Assembly (NCBI GenBank): GCA_035607415.1
Contig: DATNAQ010000031.1
Span: 6,084 to 70,083, forward strand
Origin: Polyangia bacterium
Lineage (GTDB): Bacteria > Myxococcota_A > Polyangia > Palsa-1104
DNA: 64,000 bases
Reading direction: 5' to 3'
Shown: one piece after another, positions 1 to 10,908 of the stretch
Position numbering within the stretch: position 1 is the first letter of the stretch
How the letters are laid out: each line of letters begins with the position of its first letter
Made by a program: the position numbers and the translations under genes
Notes under the pieces: model-generated
The model's input: the letters and a program-made list of their open reading frames with translations, nothing else
What the model was told of the DNA's origin: nothing
Databases searched by the model: none

Positions 1-341
1 TCGCGCGCTACTACACGCCGTCGGGGCGGTCAATCCAGGAGCACGGCATCACGCCGGACATCCAGGTCGAGCAGGTGAAGATGGCGGACCTCAAGCCGCA
101 GCACGGCGACGAGCCGCAGCAGAAGGAGCGCGACCTCCAGGGTCACCTCAAGAACCTGCAGGACGCGATGGCCAAGGCCGGCCCCCAGGGTAAAGTGGCG
201 AAGTCGACGATGGCCAACGCCTATGCTGCGATCGGTGACGACTTCCAGCTGAAGACCGCGTACGATCAGCTCAAAGCATGGAACATCTTCGCCCGTCCTG
301 CCGGAGCCCCCATTCCCGGCGACAAGACTGCAGGTCGCTAG
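1..341 (+). CDS. C-terminal end of an S41 carboxyl-terminal processing peptidase (5' end lies outside the window)
   Basis: Frame 3 reads ARYYTPSGRSIQEHGITPDIQVEQ from base 3, matching the conserved C-terminal block of Ctp/Prc-type S41 peptidases. GC3 is high. The stop codon is at 339-341. Confidence 0.8.
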   Translation, partial: ARYYTPSGRSIQEHGITPDIQVEQVKMADLKPQHGDEPQQKERDLQGHLKNLQDAMAKAGPQGKVAKSTMANAYAAIGDDFQLKTAYDQLKAWNIFARPAGAPIPGDKTAGR

Positions 342-367
342 AATCTCCCGTCGCTGACGTGGGCTGA

Positions 368-396
368 TTGACTAAAACTTTGCGAACAAATAAACT
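368..396 (+). promoter_or_regulatory. Sigma-70-like promoter upstream of the FHA gene
   Basis: TTGACT (368-373), a 17-nt spacer, then TAAACT (391-396). It sits in the only AT-rich stretch between the peptidase stop and ATG 437. Confidence 0.4.
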
Positions 397-436
397 GTTT
401 TACGCATTTCTGTAACCACTACCGTCGCGGACGAGC

Positions 437-2251
437 ATGTACAAGCTCATCATAGAGGACGACGAAGGCAAGACGACGGTAGTCCCGCTCATCCGTGATG
501 AGATCACGATTGGTCGGAAAGAGGGCAATACTATCCGGCTGACCGAGCGTAACGTCTCGCGCCGACACGCCAAGTTGGTCAAGTCCAACGGCAGCGTCTT
601 CATCGAAGATCTGACCTCGTACAACGGCATCAAGGTCAACGGCGATCGCATCGCCGGCCGCGCGCCGGTCAACGAAGGCGATCGCGTCCAGATCGGCGAC
701 TACCAGCTCGCCCTCAAGCTCGACAAGGCACAGGCGGCGGCCCAGGGGACGGCCACGGCGGGGGCGACCGCGCCGGCGATGCCGTCGGCGGCTCCGTCGA
801 ACGAGATGTTGGAGCAGAAGACGACGCCGTTCCTGAAGGAGAACGGCGCGGCGCCGGCGGCGATGCTCGACATGGCGCCGACGGTGCAGACGCCGATTCA
901 GCCGACACAGCAGGGCGCGCCGCCGATCTCGGGGCAGCAGGAGGCGCCGGCCCGGCTCGTGGTGGTGTCGTCGAACTTCGCCGGTCAGGAGTTCGTGCTC
1001 GACAAGGCGGCGGTCGTCATCGGGCGCACCGACGAGAACGACGTGGTCATCAACCACCGGTCGATCTCGCGGCACCACGCCAAGATCGTGCGCGAGGCCG
1101 GCCACTACCACATCGTCGATCTGCAGAGCGCCAACGGCGTGCGCGTCAACGGCGAGGAGTACGGCAAGGTCGAGCTGCGCAAGGGCGACCACGTCGATCT
1201 CGGGCACGTGCGTCTGCGCTTCGTCGCGCCGGGAGAAGACTTCATCTTCGATCGCGACGCGCAGGTGGTCGACGTCTCGGGCGCGAAGAAGTCGCGCACG
1301 GGGCTCGTCGCCGTGCTCATGCTCGTCTTGATCGCGCTGGCGGGCGGCGCGTTCGTGCTCGTACGCATGACGCAGAAGCCGAACGGCGGCGGCGGCGGCG
1401 GTGACACCGTCAAGACGTCGGGCGACGTCGACGGCGCGGTCGCGCGCCTTCTCCTCGAGGCCGACAAGGCGATGAAGGCGGAGGATTGGGAAACCGCCAG
1501 CGCCAAGTGCGACGAGGCGCTCAAGCTCGATCCGTCGCAGGAGCTGGCGCGCGACAAGCGGCAGCACGCCGAGGCCGAGCGCAAGAATCGCGCGGCCTAC
1601 AATGCGTTCATGAAAGCGGCCGCCGAGGGCGATTGGGACTCGGCCGCGGCCAGCTACAGCGAGGTCGCCGAGGACAGCACCTATCGCCAGAAGGGCTCGG
1701 ACAAGTACGCGCAGGTGAAGAAGCAGTACCTGCGGCAACACCTCGACGCGGCCAAGAAGGCCAAGGCGGCCGGCAAGTGCGAGGAGGCGCGCCAGCACAT
1801 CGAGGCCGCGCTCACCGTCGACGAGGGTAACACCGAGGCGCAGGAGATCTTGAAGAGCTGTGGCGCGGTCGCCAAGCCGGTGGTGAAGCCGGTGGTGGCG
1901 GAGCATCACCAGCACGCCGAGAAGAACCCGAACGTGTCGTCGGTGCCGGCGGCGAAGGTGAAGGAGAAGCCGACGAGCGAAGAGCCGCCGTCGACGCAGC
2001 CGAACCCGGCGGCGGAGAAGATGCTGCAGGACGCGCAGGACGCGTACGTGCACGGGCAGTACGCCAACGCGATCGAGACGGCGAAGAGGGCGTCGAAGTC
2101 GGAGCCGCTCAAGGCGTGGCGCATCATCGGCGCGGCGAGCTGCTTCTTGAAGGATCGCACCGGCGCCATGCAGGCGTGGAACAAGCTCGGACCGCAGGAG
2201 CGGTCGTTCCTGAAGTACGTGTGCTCGCGCAACGCGATCACCGTTCCGTAA
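437..2251 (+). CDS. Membrane protein with two FHA domains and a TPR-like C-terminal region
   Basis: Two FHA cores are visible: ITIGRKEGNTIRLTERNVSRRHAKL..YNGIKVNG and VVIGRTDENDVVINHRSISRHHAKI..ANGVRVNG. They are followed by one TM helix (LVAVLMLVLIALAGGAFVLV), a Gly run and a helical Ala/Lys/Glu-rich repeat region. Confidence 0.85.
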   Translation: MYKLIIEDDEGKTTVVPLIRDEITIGRKEGNTIRLTERNVSRRHAKLVKSNGSVFIEDLTSYNGIKVNGDRIAGRAPVNEGDRVQIGDYQLALKLDKAQAAAQGTATAGATAPAMPSAAPSNEMLEQKTTPFLKENGAAPAAMLDMAPTVQTPIQPTQQGAPPISGQQEAPARLVVVSSNFAGQEFVLDKAAVVIGRTDENDVVINHRSISRHHAKIVREAGHYHIVDLQSANGVRVNGEEYGKVELRKGDHVDLGHVRLRFVAPGEDFIFDRDAQVVDVSGAKKSRTGLVAVLMLVLIALAGGAFVLVRMTQKPNGGGGGGDTVKTSGDVDGAVARLLLEADKAMKAEDWETASAKCDEALKLDPSQELARDKRQHAEAERKNRAAYNAFMKAAAEGDWDSAAASYSEVAEDSTYRQKGSDKYAQVKKQYLRQHLDAAKKAKAAGKCEEARQHIEAALTVDEGNTEAQEILKSCGAVAKPVVKPVVAEHHQHAEKNPNVSSVPAAKVKEKPTSEEPPSTQPNPAAEKMLQDAQDAYVHGQYANAIETAKRASKSEPLKAWRIIGAASCFLKDRTGAMQAWNKLGPQERSFLKYVCSRNAITVP

Positions 2252-2358
2252 CGCCTCTCCGCAAAAATCCGGTTCATCCCCGACTGCGCTCGAACGATCC
2301 GCTCGCGCGGTGCGCTCGTATCTAGCTTCGCAACACCCAATCCCACTCGGAGGAACTG

Positions 2359-3135
2359 ATGCTGCGAAGAGTACTGGCTCTGGCCGGTATGGTCGCCGTG
2401 TGTCCGGCGATCGCCCGTGCCGCCGACCATGCCGACGGGCCATCGGCAACGCAATCGCTCATGGATCTGTCGGGCGACATCACCGACGTCTACGCGTTCA
2501 CCGACGCGAACAACGTCAACTTGATCCTGGATGTCGGCACCAACGCGACGGCGACGACGAAGTTCTCGAACGCCGTCCAGTACGTGTTTCACGTCAACGG
2601 GATCACGGGGCTGACCGACACGGCGCCGTTCTCGTCGACCGTGATCTGCACGTTCGATGCGTCGCAGAAGATCTCGTGCTGGCTGCAGAACGGCTCGAAG
2701 ACGGTGAACTACGTGACCGGCGACGCATCGGCGGCGGCGGGCGTGAGCTCGGCCGACGGCAAGATGAAGGTGTTCGCGGGGCCGCGCAACGATCCCTTCT
2801 TCTTCAACATCCAGGGATTCCGCAAGGTGACCGGCTTCGTCGCGCAGAACTTCAGCGCGCTCGCGCCGACGCTGACGCCGCAAGGATGCCCGCAGCTCGA
2901 CGGCGCGGGCAGCCCGGTGAGCTCGGCGGCGGTGCGCGGCCTTCTGAAGTCGCAGTCCGACGGCTCGACGCCGGGCGTGGACGACTTCCAGAAGAACGGC
3001 ACGGCGGCGGCGCCGCTCGGCATCGCCAACCTGACGGGCAACGTCCTGGCGCTCGTCGTTTCGGTTCCCAAGACGGCGCTCAACGACAACGGCGCCAAGC
3101 CGATCCTCGGCGTCTGGGCCAGCACCCACAAGTAG
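2359..3135 (+). CDS. Secreted DUF4331-like protein, N-terminal half
   Basis: Signal peptide MLRRVLALAGMVAVCPAIARA. The motifs ADHADGP, DITDVYAF and GPRNDPFFFN are as I recall for the N-terminal part of DUF4331 proteins. GGAGG lies 7 nt upstream of the ATG. Confidence 0.7.
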   Translation: MLRRVLALAGMVAVCPAIARAADHADGPSATQSLMDLSGDITDVYAFTDANNVNLILDVGTNATATTKFSNAVQYVFHVNGITGLTDTAPFSSTVICTFDASQKISCWLQNGSKTVNYVTGDASAAAGVSSADGKMKVFAGPRNDPFFFNIQGFRKVTGFVAQNFSALAPTLTPQGCPQLDGAGSPVSSAAVRGLLKSQSDGSTPGVDDFQKNGTAAAPLGIANLTGNVLALVVSVPKTALNDNGAKPILGVWASTHK

Positions 3136-3147
3136 CGAGGAGCGCCG

Positions 3148-3825
3148 ATGAAACCAAGGACGAGACTGACGATGATCTTTTCGCTCGCCATCGCGCTTTG
3201 CGGCGTCGGCTGCGACGACGATACGACGAGCCCCGGTGGCGGCATGATGGACATGGCGGCGTCGGAGTTTCCGGCGGCGCCGACGATCGGGGCGACGCAG
3301 CTCGATCGCATGGGGCGCGCGGGCGTGAACACGGCGCTCACCGATCCCTTCTTCACGGTCAAGGCCGACCACGACGGCAAGCAGGACGCGTACAACAAGG
3401 CGCAGCCGTCGACGTGGGCGTCGTTCGCCGATCAGTTCGCGGTGGCGCTCGGCGTCTTCGACGGGCTCGACGGCGTGTGCGGCAACCAGCCCTTGTACGA
3501 CGGCGGCAACGGCGACGGCGGAGCGGCGAGCGCGTACGGGACGCTGGCCGGGATCCTGGCCAACGATCAGCTGCTCCTCGACAGCTCGCAGTCGAGCTGC
3601 GATCCGACGAAGAACTACCTGGCGGTGGAGATCGCGGTGATCACGAGCGGCACGCCGGCCAGCTGCGGCGGACGCACGCCGCTCGATCCGGCGATCGACG
3701 TGACCTACGCGGCGTTGTCGGGCGATCTCGCCGGCGGCAGCGTCACCGACGGGGTCAGCGGCGACGCCGACACGGCGAACCAGGCGCAGCTGACGACGTT
3801 CCCGTTCCTCGGAGCGCCCAACTGA
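3148..3825 (+). CDS. Lipoprotein resembling the C-terminal half of DUF4331 proteins
   Basis: Lipobox LCGVGC. The motifs LDRMGRAGVNTAL and CGGRTPLDPAIDV resemble the central and C-terminal DUF4331 blocks. A GAGGAG RBS sits inside the 12-nt gap after the preceding stop. Confidence 0.65.
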   Translation: MKPRTRLTMIFSLAIALCGVGCDDDTTSPGGGMMDMAASEFPAAPTIGATQLDRMGRAGVNTALTDPFFTVKADHDGKQDAYNKAQPSTWASFADQFAVALGVFDGLDGVCGNQPLYDGGNGDGGAASAYGTLAGILANDQLLLDSSQSSCDPTKNYLAVEIAVITSGTPASCGGRTPLDPAIDVTYAALSGDLAGGSVTDGVSGDADTANQAQLTTFPFLGAPN

Positions 3826-5087
3826 TGCGCGCAGCGCGGCTCTTCGGGATCGTGGGGGTGGCGTCGCTCTGCGGGATGAGCTGCGCGCAGTCGCCGCCGC
3901 CGGGATTGGTCCAACCGGCGGCGGCGGTTGCCGCGGCGCCTGCGGCGAGCGCACGGCAGATCCCGCGGTCGCAGGCGTCGCTGCCGACGACGGATGCGGC
4001 GATCACGGTCGGTAACTTCCTGTCGCTGTATGCGGTGATGCCGCCGGGGCAGCGCGTGTCGATGCTGGCGACGCACGCGCAGTTCTTCGGCGCGCTCGAC
4101 GACTACGACGCGGCATTGCGGGCGGCGGACGAGCTGGTGAAGACGCGCCCGGCGGTGGCGGAGGCGTGGCTGGCGCGGGCCGGGGCGCGGCAGTCGCTGC
4201 ACGAGTTTCAGGGTGCGCTCGCCGATCTGGCGCAGGCGGAGAAGCTGGGCGCGGATCGCGACGCGGTCGCTGCCGGGCGCGCCGGCGTGTGGCAGGCGCT
4301 CGGGCGCTACGACGAGGCGCTGGCGGTGCGGCGGCGCCTGGTGAAGGTGCGCGCGACGACGGCGACGCTGGCGGCGTACGCGGTCTTGCGCGGCGAGATG
4401 GGCGACGTGGCCGATGCGGAGGCGAAATTCCTCGACGCGCAGGACGCGTTCGAGGACGTGTCGCCGTTCACGCTGGCGTGGCTCTATTTTCAGAACGGGC
4501 TCGTCGAGGAGCGCGCGGGCCGGCCGGCGGCGGCGCGCGAGCTGTACGAGGCGGCGCACGCGCGGCTGCCGGAGTATGCGCCGGCGACCGGGCACCTGGC
4601 GACGGCGGTGGCGCTCGCGGGCGATGAGCAGCGGGCGATGGCGCTGCTCGAGCCGTTGGTGGCGGCGAGTGACGATCCGGAGTACCAGGCGCAGCTGGGC
4701 GTCCTGTTACGTAGGAACGGGCAGGCGGCGCGCGGCGACGAGCTGATCGCGCGCGCGGGGCGGCGCTACGAGGCGCTGGTGCGGCGCCATCCCGACGCGT
4801 TCGCCGATCATGCGGCGCGCTTCTGGCTCGGCGCCGGCGGCGATGCCGGGCGGGCGCTGGCGCTGGCGCGGCGGAACCTGGCGGCGCGGCAGACGCGCGA
4901 CGCGTACGACCTGGCGATGCGCGCGGCGCTGGCGGCGCACGACGCGGCGGCGGCGTGCCGGTTCGCCGACGAGGCAGAACGCGTGCCCTACGCGAGCGCG
5001 GCGCTGCATTTGTCGATGAGCGAAGCGTTCGCGGCGTGCCGGCGCGGAGCGCGCGCGGCGCTCGAGCTGCAGGCGGCGGCGCGCTAG
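3825..5087 (+). CDS. TPR-repeat (lipo)protein
   Basis: ATG 3825 shares one base with the preceding TGA (TGATG). N-terminus MRAARLFGIVGVASLCGMSC. The rest is Ala/Leu/Arg-rich helical TPR-like repeats. The correct start lies inside the long track ORF 2310..5087. Confidence 0.7.
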   Translation: MRAARLFGIVGVASLCGMSCAQSPPPGLVQPAAAVAAAPAASARQIPRSQASLPTTDAAITVGNFLSLYAVMPPGQRVSMLATHAQFFGALDDYDAALRAADELVKTRPAVAEAWLARAGARQSLHEFQGALADLAQAEKLGADRDAVAAGRAGVWQALGRYDEALAVRRRLVKVRATTATLAAYAVLRGEMGDVADAEAKFLDAQDAFEDVSPFTLAWLYFQNGLVEERAGRPAAARELYEAAHARLPEYAPATGHLATAVALAGDEQRAMALLEPLVAASDDPEYQAQLGVLLRRNGQAARGDELIARAGRRYEALVRRHPDAFADHAARFWLGAGGDAGRALALARRNLAARQTRDAYDLAMRAALAAHDAAAACRFADEAERVPYASAALHLSMSEAFAACRRGARAALELQAAAR

Positions 5088-5111
5088 CGCGGCTCGGCGT
5101 ATGATGCGCGC

Positions 5112-6500
5112 GTGAAGCCGCGGACGGCGTGGATCGCGCTCGGGCTGGCGCTCGCGGTCTGCGCGGCGGCGCGGCTGTGGCTGGCGGCGGTCGACGACGG
5201 GATCTTCTGGCCCGACGAGATCTTTCAGTCGCTCGAGCCGGCGCACAAGCGGGCGTTCGGCTACGCGCTGGTGCCGTGGGAGTACGCCGACGGCGGGCGC
5301 AGCTGGCTCTTGCCGATGTTGCTGACGCCGCTGCTACGCCTCGGCGCGGCCCTCGGCGGCGGCTCGCCGCGCGCGTATCTGATGCTGGTGCGCGTCGTGT
5401 TCGTGGCGCTGGCGGTGGCGACGGCGTGGGGCGCGTGGTGGCTGGCGCGGCGGCTGCGCGTGGCGCCCAAGCGCGCGTGGGTGGCGGCGGCGCTGTTCGC
5501 GCTGCTGCCGCCGGCGATCCTGCTGGCGCCGCGCGCGTTCAGCGAGAACGCGGTGGCGCTGCCGATGGTGCTGGCGGTGGCGCTCTTGTGCGGCGAGGCG
5601 CCGTCGCGCCGGGCGATCGTGGGCGCGGGTTTGCTGCTCGGGTTCGCGACCATCCTGCGCGTGCAGAACGTGGTCGTGTGCGCGACGGCGGTGGGCTGGC
5701 TCCTGGCGCGGCGTCAGCTGCGCGGCGCGGCGCTCTTGACGGCGGTGCTGGCGGCGTGCGCGCTCGCCGACGGCGCGCTCGATCGCGCGACCTGGGGACA
5801 TTGGTTTCAGTCGGCGGAGGTCTACTGGAACGAGAACATCGTGCGCGGGCGCGCCAACATGATGGGGCGCGAGCCGGCGGGCTACTACGTCACGACGCTG
5901 GTGACCTCGTCTGGCGCGGCGGGCGTGCTGCTGCTGGTGCTGGCGGCGATCGGGTGCGTGCGGGCGCGCGGCGTGGCGGCGATGGCGATCGTCTATCTCG
6001 TGACCTACTCGATCGTCGGGCACAAAGAGCTGCGCTACGCGTCGCCGGCGTGGCCGCTTCTGTGCGCGCTCGCCGCCGTCGGCGTCGACGTGCTCGCGGA
6101 GGTGCGGCCGCGGCTCGGCGTCATGGCGGCGGCGGTGGCGATCGCGGCGGCGCTCGTCGGGGCGGCGCGCGTGCCGCGGCTGACGTTCGCCGACATGGGC
6201 GCGGCTGGCGGCCGGGCGCTCGTGATCGATCACGGTGGCGCGTACAACCGCGTGCTGCTCGAAGCGCACGCGCGCGCGGATCTGTGCGGGCTCAAGCTGC
6301 CGACGGAGCGCACGGAGGCGGGCGGGATGAGCTGGCTGCATCGGCGCGTGCACGTGTATGGCCGGCAGGACGCGCCACCGGCGTCGTCGCACCGCTACAA
6401 CTACGAGATCGTGTTCGGGCGCGACGGGCGGCCGACGCTGCAGGCGCTCGGCTTCAGCGACTGCGCGTCCGACTTCACGTACCAGTGGCGCGGGAACTAG
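5112..6500 (+). CDS. Polytopic GT-C glycosyltransferase, GT22 (Alg9/PIG-B-like mannosyltransferase) type
   Basis: GTG start and many hydrophobic helices. The first-loop motif WPDEIFQSLEPAH matches the HPDExFQSxE signature I recall for GT22 mannosyltransferases. Confidence 0.7.
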   Translation: MKPRTAWIALGLALAVCAAARLWLAAVDDGIFWPDEIFQSLEPAHKRAFGYALVPWEYADGGRSWLLPMLLTPLLRLGAALGGGSPRAYLMLVRVVFVALAVATAWGAWWLARRLRVAPKRAWVAAALFALLPPAILLAPRAFSENAVALPMVLAVALLCGEAPSRRAIVGAGLLLGFATILRVQNVVVCATAVGWLLARRQLRGAALLTAVLAACALADGALDRATWGHWFQSAEVYWNENIVRGRANMMGREPAGYYVTTLVTSSGAAGVLLLVLAAIGCVRARGVAAMAIVYLVTYSIVGHKELRYASPAWPLLCALAAVGVDVLAEVRPRLGVMAAAVAIAAALVGAARVPRLTFADMGAAGGRALVIDHGGAYNRVLLEAHARADLCGLKLPTERTEAGGMSWLHRRVHVYGRQDAPPASSHRYNYEIVFGRDGRPTLQALGFSDCASDFTYQWRGN

Positions 6501-7369
6501 AAGCGCGACATCGACTCGACGACCTCGTCGACGCCTAGCCCGACCCACGGGCTGAAGGCGAGGCGCGCGTGGGCGGCGACGCTGGCGCGCGCAGCGGCGA
6601 GATCGACGATGCCGCGGCCCGGCGCCAGCGCGCCGACGGGACCACAGGCGTCGCCCCAGTACCACAGCGGCGCGTCCGCGCAGGCGGCGAGCGTGAGCGC
6701 CAGCGGCGCGAAGCCCATCACGTCCTGCAGGTGCGCCGCCGCCACGTCGCCCGCGGGCAACAGCGGCGCGCCGGCCAGCTCGGCGCGCAGGCGATCGAGC
6801 TCGCGCGGCGACGGCACGTCGATGTAGCGCCGTCCGTTGCGCACGAGCAGCACCGAGCCCGCGCGCTCCGACTCGCGCGCCAGCCGCTCGAGCGCGCGCA
6901 CCGCGCCGTCGACAGCCTGCTCGGCGGCGGCGTCGCGCGCGGCCCGCATGCGACCGGCCAGCGACTCGTCGAGCGCGCCGCGCAGGAACTGATCGCGCGC
7001 GTGCGGCCAATCGCCGGCCACCGCCGGGACCTCGCCGAGCCGCACCACCACGAAGGGCACGCGCAGCTCGCCGGCGCGCCGCACCGTGGCCGTCGCCGCG
7101 GCGAGCGCCGCCCTCGCCTCCTCGCGATCGGCCGCGACCAGCCGCGGCGTGCGCGCCCCCGCGGGCGCCTCGATCGCCAGGATCGGCAGCTCGTCCCCGC
7201 GCCGCTCGAGCTCGGCCACGAGCCGCTCGCCGAGCGCCGGCGGAAGCGCGCCGTCGAGGATCACCGCGGACGCTTCCGCCTGCAGGCAGGTCTCGATGAT
7301 CGCCGCCGGCGGACGCTCCGCTGAAGTCGCGAACACCGTCGACAACGCCGGCCGCATGATGTCCCGCAT
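6497..7369 (-). CDS. Hypothetical protein, possibly a xylose-isomerase-like TIM barrel (sugar phosphate isomerase/epimerase) fold
   Basis: High-GC3 ORF. Candidate starts are ATG 7369 or 7357, or TTG 7390. The alternating beta/alpha pattern is only weakly diagnostic. Its stop shares CTAG with the converging GT gene. Confidence 0.5.
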   Translation of the reverse strand: MRDIMRPALSTVFATSAERPPAAIIETCLQAEASAVILDGALPPALGERLVAELERRGDELPILAIEAPAGARTPRLVAADREEARAALAAATATVRRAGELRVPFVVVRLGEVPAVAGDWPHARDQFLRGALDESLAGRMRAARDAAAEQAVDGAVRALERLARESERAGSVLLVRNGRRYIDVPSPRELDRLRAELAGAPLLPAGDVAAAHLQDVMGFAPLALTLAACADAPLWYWGDACGPVGALAPGRGIVDLAAARASVAAHARLAFSPWVGLGVDEVVESMSRF

Positions 7370-7383
7370 TCTGGGCTGTTTCG

Positions 7384-7413
7384 TTGACAAGACGAGCTTT
7401 TCCGTCGTACAAA
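7384..7413 (+). promoter_or_regulatory. Sigma-70-like promoter for the OmpA/TSP3 gene
   Basis: TTGACA (7384-7389), an 18-nt spacer, then TACAAA (7408-7413). GAGGA lies 8 nt upstream of ATG 7453. Confidence 0.35.
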
Positions 7414-7452
7414 TGCGAGTTAAGTTAGCCCCTACGTGTGAGGATCCTCCAT

Positions 7453-9411
<1,959 letters not shown>

Positions 9412-9417
9412 CCGCGC

Positions 9418-10071
9418 GTGATCCCGCTCGTCATCCTCCTTCACTGCTACGGCTGCACCGCGACCGAGCTGCCGGGAGCCCTGCACGCCGACGCGCTGGC
9501 GGCGAAGTATCACTTCGCGGTGGCGGCGCCGGCGAGCGGGCACATCGACCGGCGCGGCCAGCCCTACTGGAACGCGACGGCGGCGTGTTGCGACTTCGAG
9601 GGCAAGAAGCCCGACGACGTCGGCGCGATCGTGCGGCTCATCGACGAGCGCGTGAAGAAGGGCGAGGTCGACCCGAAGCGGGTGTACCTCGTCGGGTTCT
9701 CGAACGGCGCCTTCTTGGCGTGGCGCATCGCCTGCGACCACGCCGACAAGATCGCGGCCATCGTCGCCATCGGCGGCGCCGCGCCCGCGACGTGCAACCC
9801 GTCGTCGCCGGTGGCGGTGCTGGAGGTGCACGGCCGCGATGACGAGGTGGTGCCGATCGGCGGAGGCACGCTCGGCGCCGGGCTGCCGCACGCGGCGACG
9901 TTCCCGTCGGCGAAGGAGGCGCTCGCGGTGTGGGGGCGCGTCGATCACTGCAGCGTCGGCGCGCCGGGCTGCGCGGTGCAGCAGTGGATCCTGCCCGGCG
10001 GACACTGGCCCGAGACCGGCGCCGGCTTCGGCGAGCGCATCTGGCGCTGGCTGGCCACGCGGCACAAATAG
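9418..10071 (+). CDS. Alpha/beta hydrolase of the PHB-depolymerase/LpqC esterase family, N-terminally short
   Basis: It starts at the PLVILLH block. The GFSNGA nucleophile elbow, the HGRDDEVVP Asp and the PGGHWP His are all present. There is no signal peptide. The GTG start is 7 nt after the OmpA stop and in the same frame. Confidence 0.7.
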   Translation: MIPLVILLHCYGCTATELPGALHADALAAKYHFAVAAPASGHIDRRGQPYWNATAACCDFEGKKPDDVGAIVRLIDERVKKGEVDPKRVYLVGFSNGAFLAWRIACDHADKIAAIVAIGGAAPATCNPSSPVAVLEVHGRDDEVVPIGGGTLGAGLPHAATFPSAKEALAVWGRVDHCSVGAPGCAVQQWILPGGHWPETGAGFGERIWRWLATRHK

Positions 10072-10094
10072 CGCGAACGACGTAGAATCGCTGC

Positions 10095-10463
10095 ATGCGG
10101 CTGTTGGCGCTGGTAGGCGCGCTCGCGGGATGCATGAGCAGACCTTTTCGAGCATGGGCACAACCGATCTCGAGGTCGGGATCCTCGGTCCGCACTCGAT
10201 CGTCGTCTCCAGCGACGTGTACGCGCCCGCGACCCTGCATCTCGACGGCGGATCGGTCGGCACCGAGTGCCCCGCGCCGCTGTACTCGTTCGACCTCTGG
10301 GTTCCGCTGACGCCCGACTGAGAAACGGAATGAACCTCGCAGATTCGGCGGTGTTCCGCTGCGTGAGCCGCTCGTGTCTGTTTCCACTTCGACGGCTTGC
10401 CCGCCTGGTCGCCCGACGGCAGCAAGATCTACGTCGAGGGCGTGCATGCGACGAGCGCGACGT
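10095..10463 (+). pseudogene. Decayed lipoprotein / beta-propeller-like gene fragment
   Basis: The lipoprotein signal MRLLALVGALAGC is in frame 0. High-GC3 coding then continues in frame 2 (MHEQTFSSMGTTDLEVGILGPHSIVVSSDVYAPATL...). TGA at 10319 and other stops interrupt it. Frame 2 resumes with FHFDGLPAWSPDGSKIYVEG, which looks like a TolB-type blade. Confidence 0.35.
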
Positions 10464-10518
10464 GAACGACGCGACCATCGAACGCCGCATGCGCACGGTG
10501 GTGCTGGAACCGCTCCGG

Positions 10519-10908
10519 CTAGCCCATCGGCGTGCACAGCTCGACGAGCGTGCCGTCGCAGTCGCGCACGTAGGCGACCGTCTGGCCCCACGGCTTCTGC
10601 GTCGGCGCCATCACGTGCTGCGCGCCCGCCTTGACCGCGCGCGCCTGCGCGGCCACGACGTCATCGGTCACCAGCGCCACCTCGAACGGCGGCGGCGCCT
10701 CGTCGTTCTGCGCCGCGCGGAAGCCGCCGGGCAGCATGTCCTTGACGTAGGACTGCGCCACGAACGCCAGCGTGTGCGCGCCGGTGTCGAGCTCGCGGTA
10801 CATCGGGCTGTCGTCCATCGGGCGCTGCTCGAGACCGAACGCGCGCTGCCAGAATTCCGCCGTGCGCTTCGGGTCGCGGACGTACACGATCGTATAGCCC
10901 AGCTTCAT
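10519..10908 (-). CDS. VOC (glyoxalase/bleomycin-resistance fold) family protein
   Basis: MKLGYTIVYVRDPKRTAEFWQRAFGL ... KPWGQTVAYVRDCDGTLVELCTP. GGGAGGG RBS. The start lies inside track ORF 10519..11049. Confidence 0.85.
   Translation of the reverse strand: MKLGYTIVYVRDPKRTAEFWQRAFGLEQRPMDDSPMYRELDTGAHTLAFVAQSYVKDMLPGGFRAAQNDEAPPPFEVALVTDDVVAAQARAVKAGAQHVMAPTQKPWGQTVAYVRDCDGTLVELCTPMG

Noticed and set aside
419-3954. Long minus-strand ORFs 419..2449 (676 aa) and 1906..3954 (682 aa), antisense to the FHA and DUF4331 genes.
   Set aside because: Their translations are dominated by Arg/Ala/Pro/Leu/His runs with no domain-like segments. They mirror the GC3 periodicity of the sense genes, which have clear FHA and DUF4331 motifs. 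This is the classic high-GC stop-codon depletion artefact.
6497-6500. Convergent gene pairs share palindromic stop overlaps: CTAG at 6497-6500 and 47994-47997, and TGATCA at 36433-36438.
   Set aside because: This is a simple consequence of TAG/TGA stops on both strands in a compact genome. No extended structure surrounds them.
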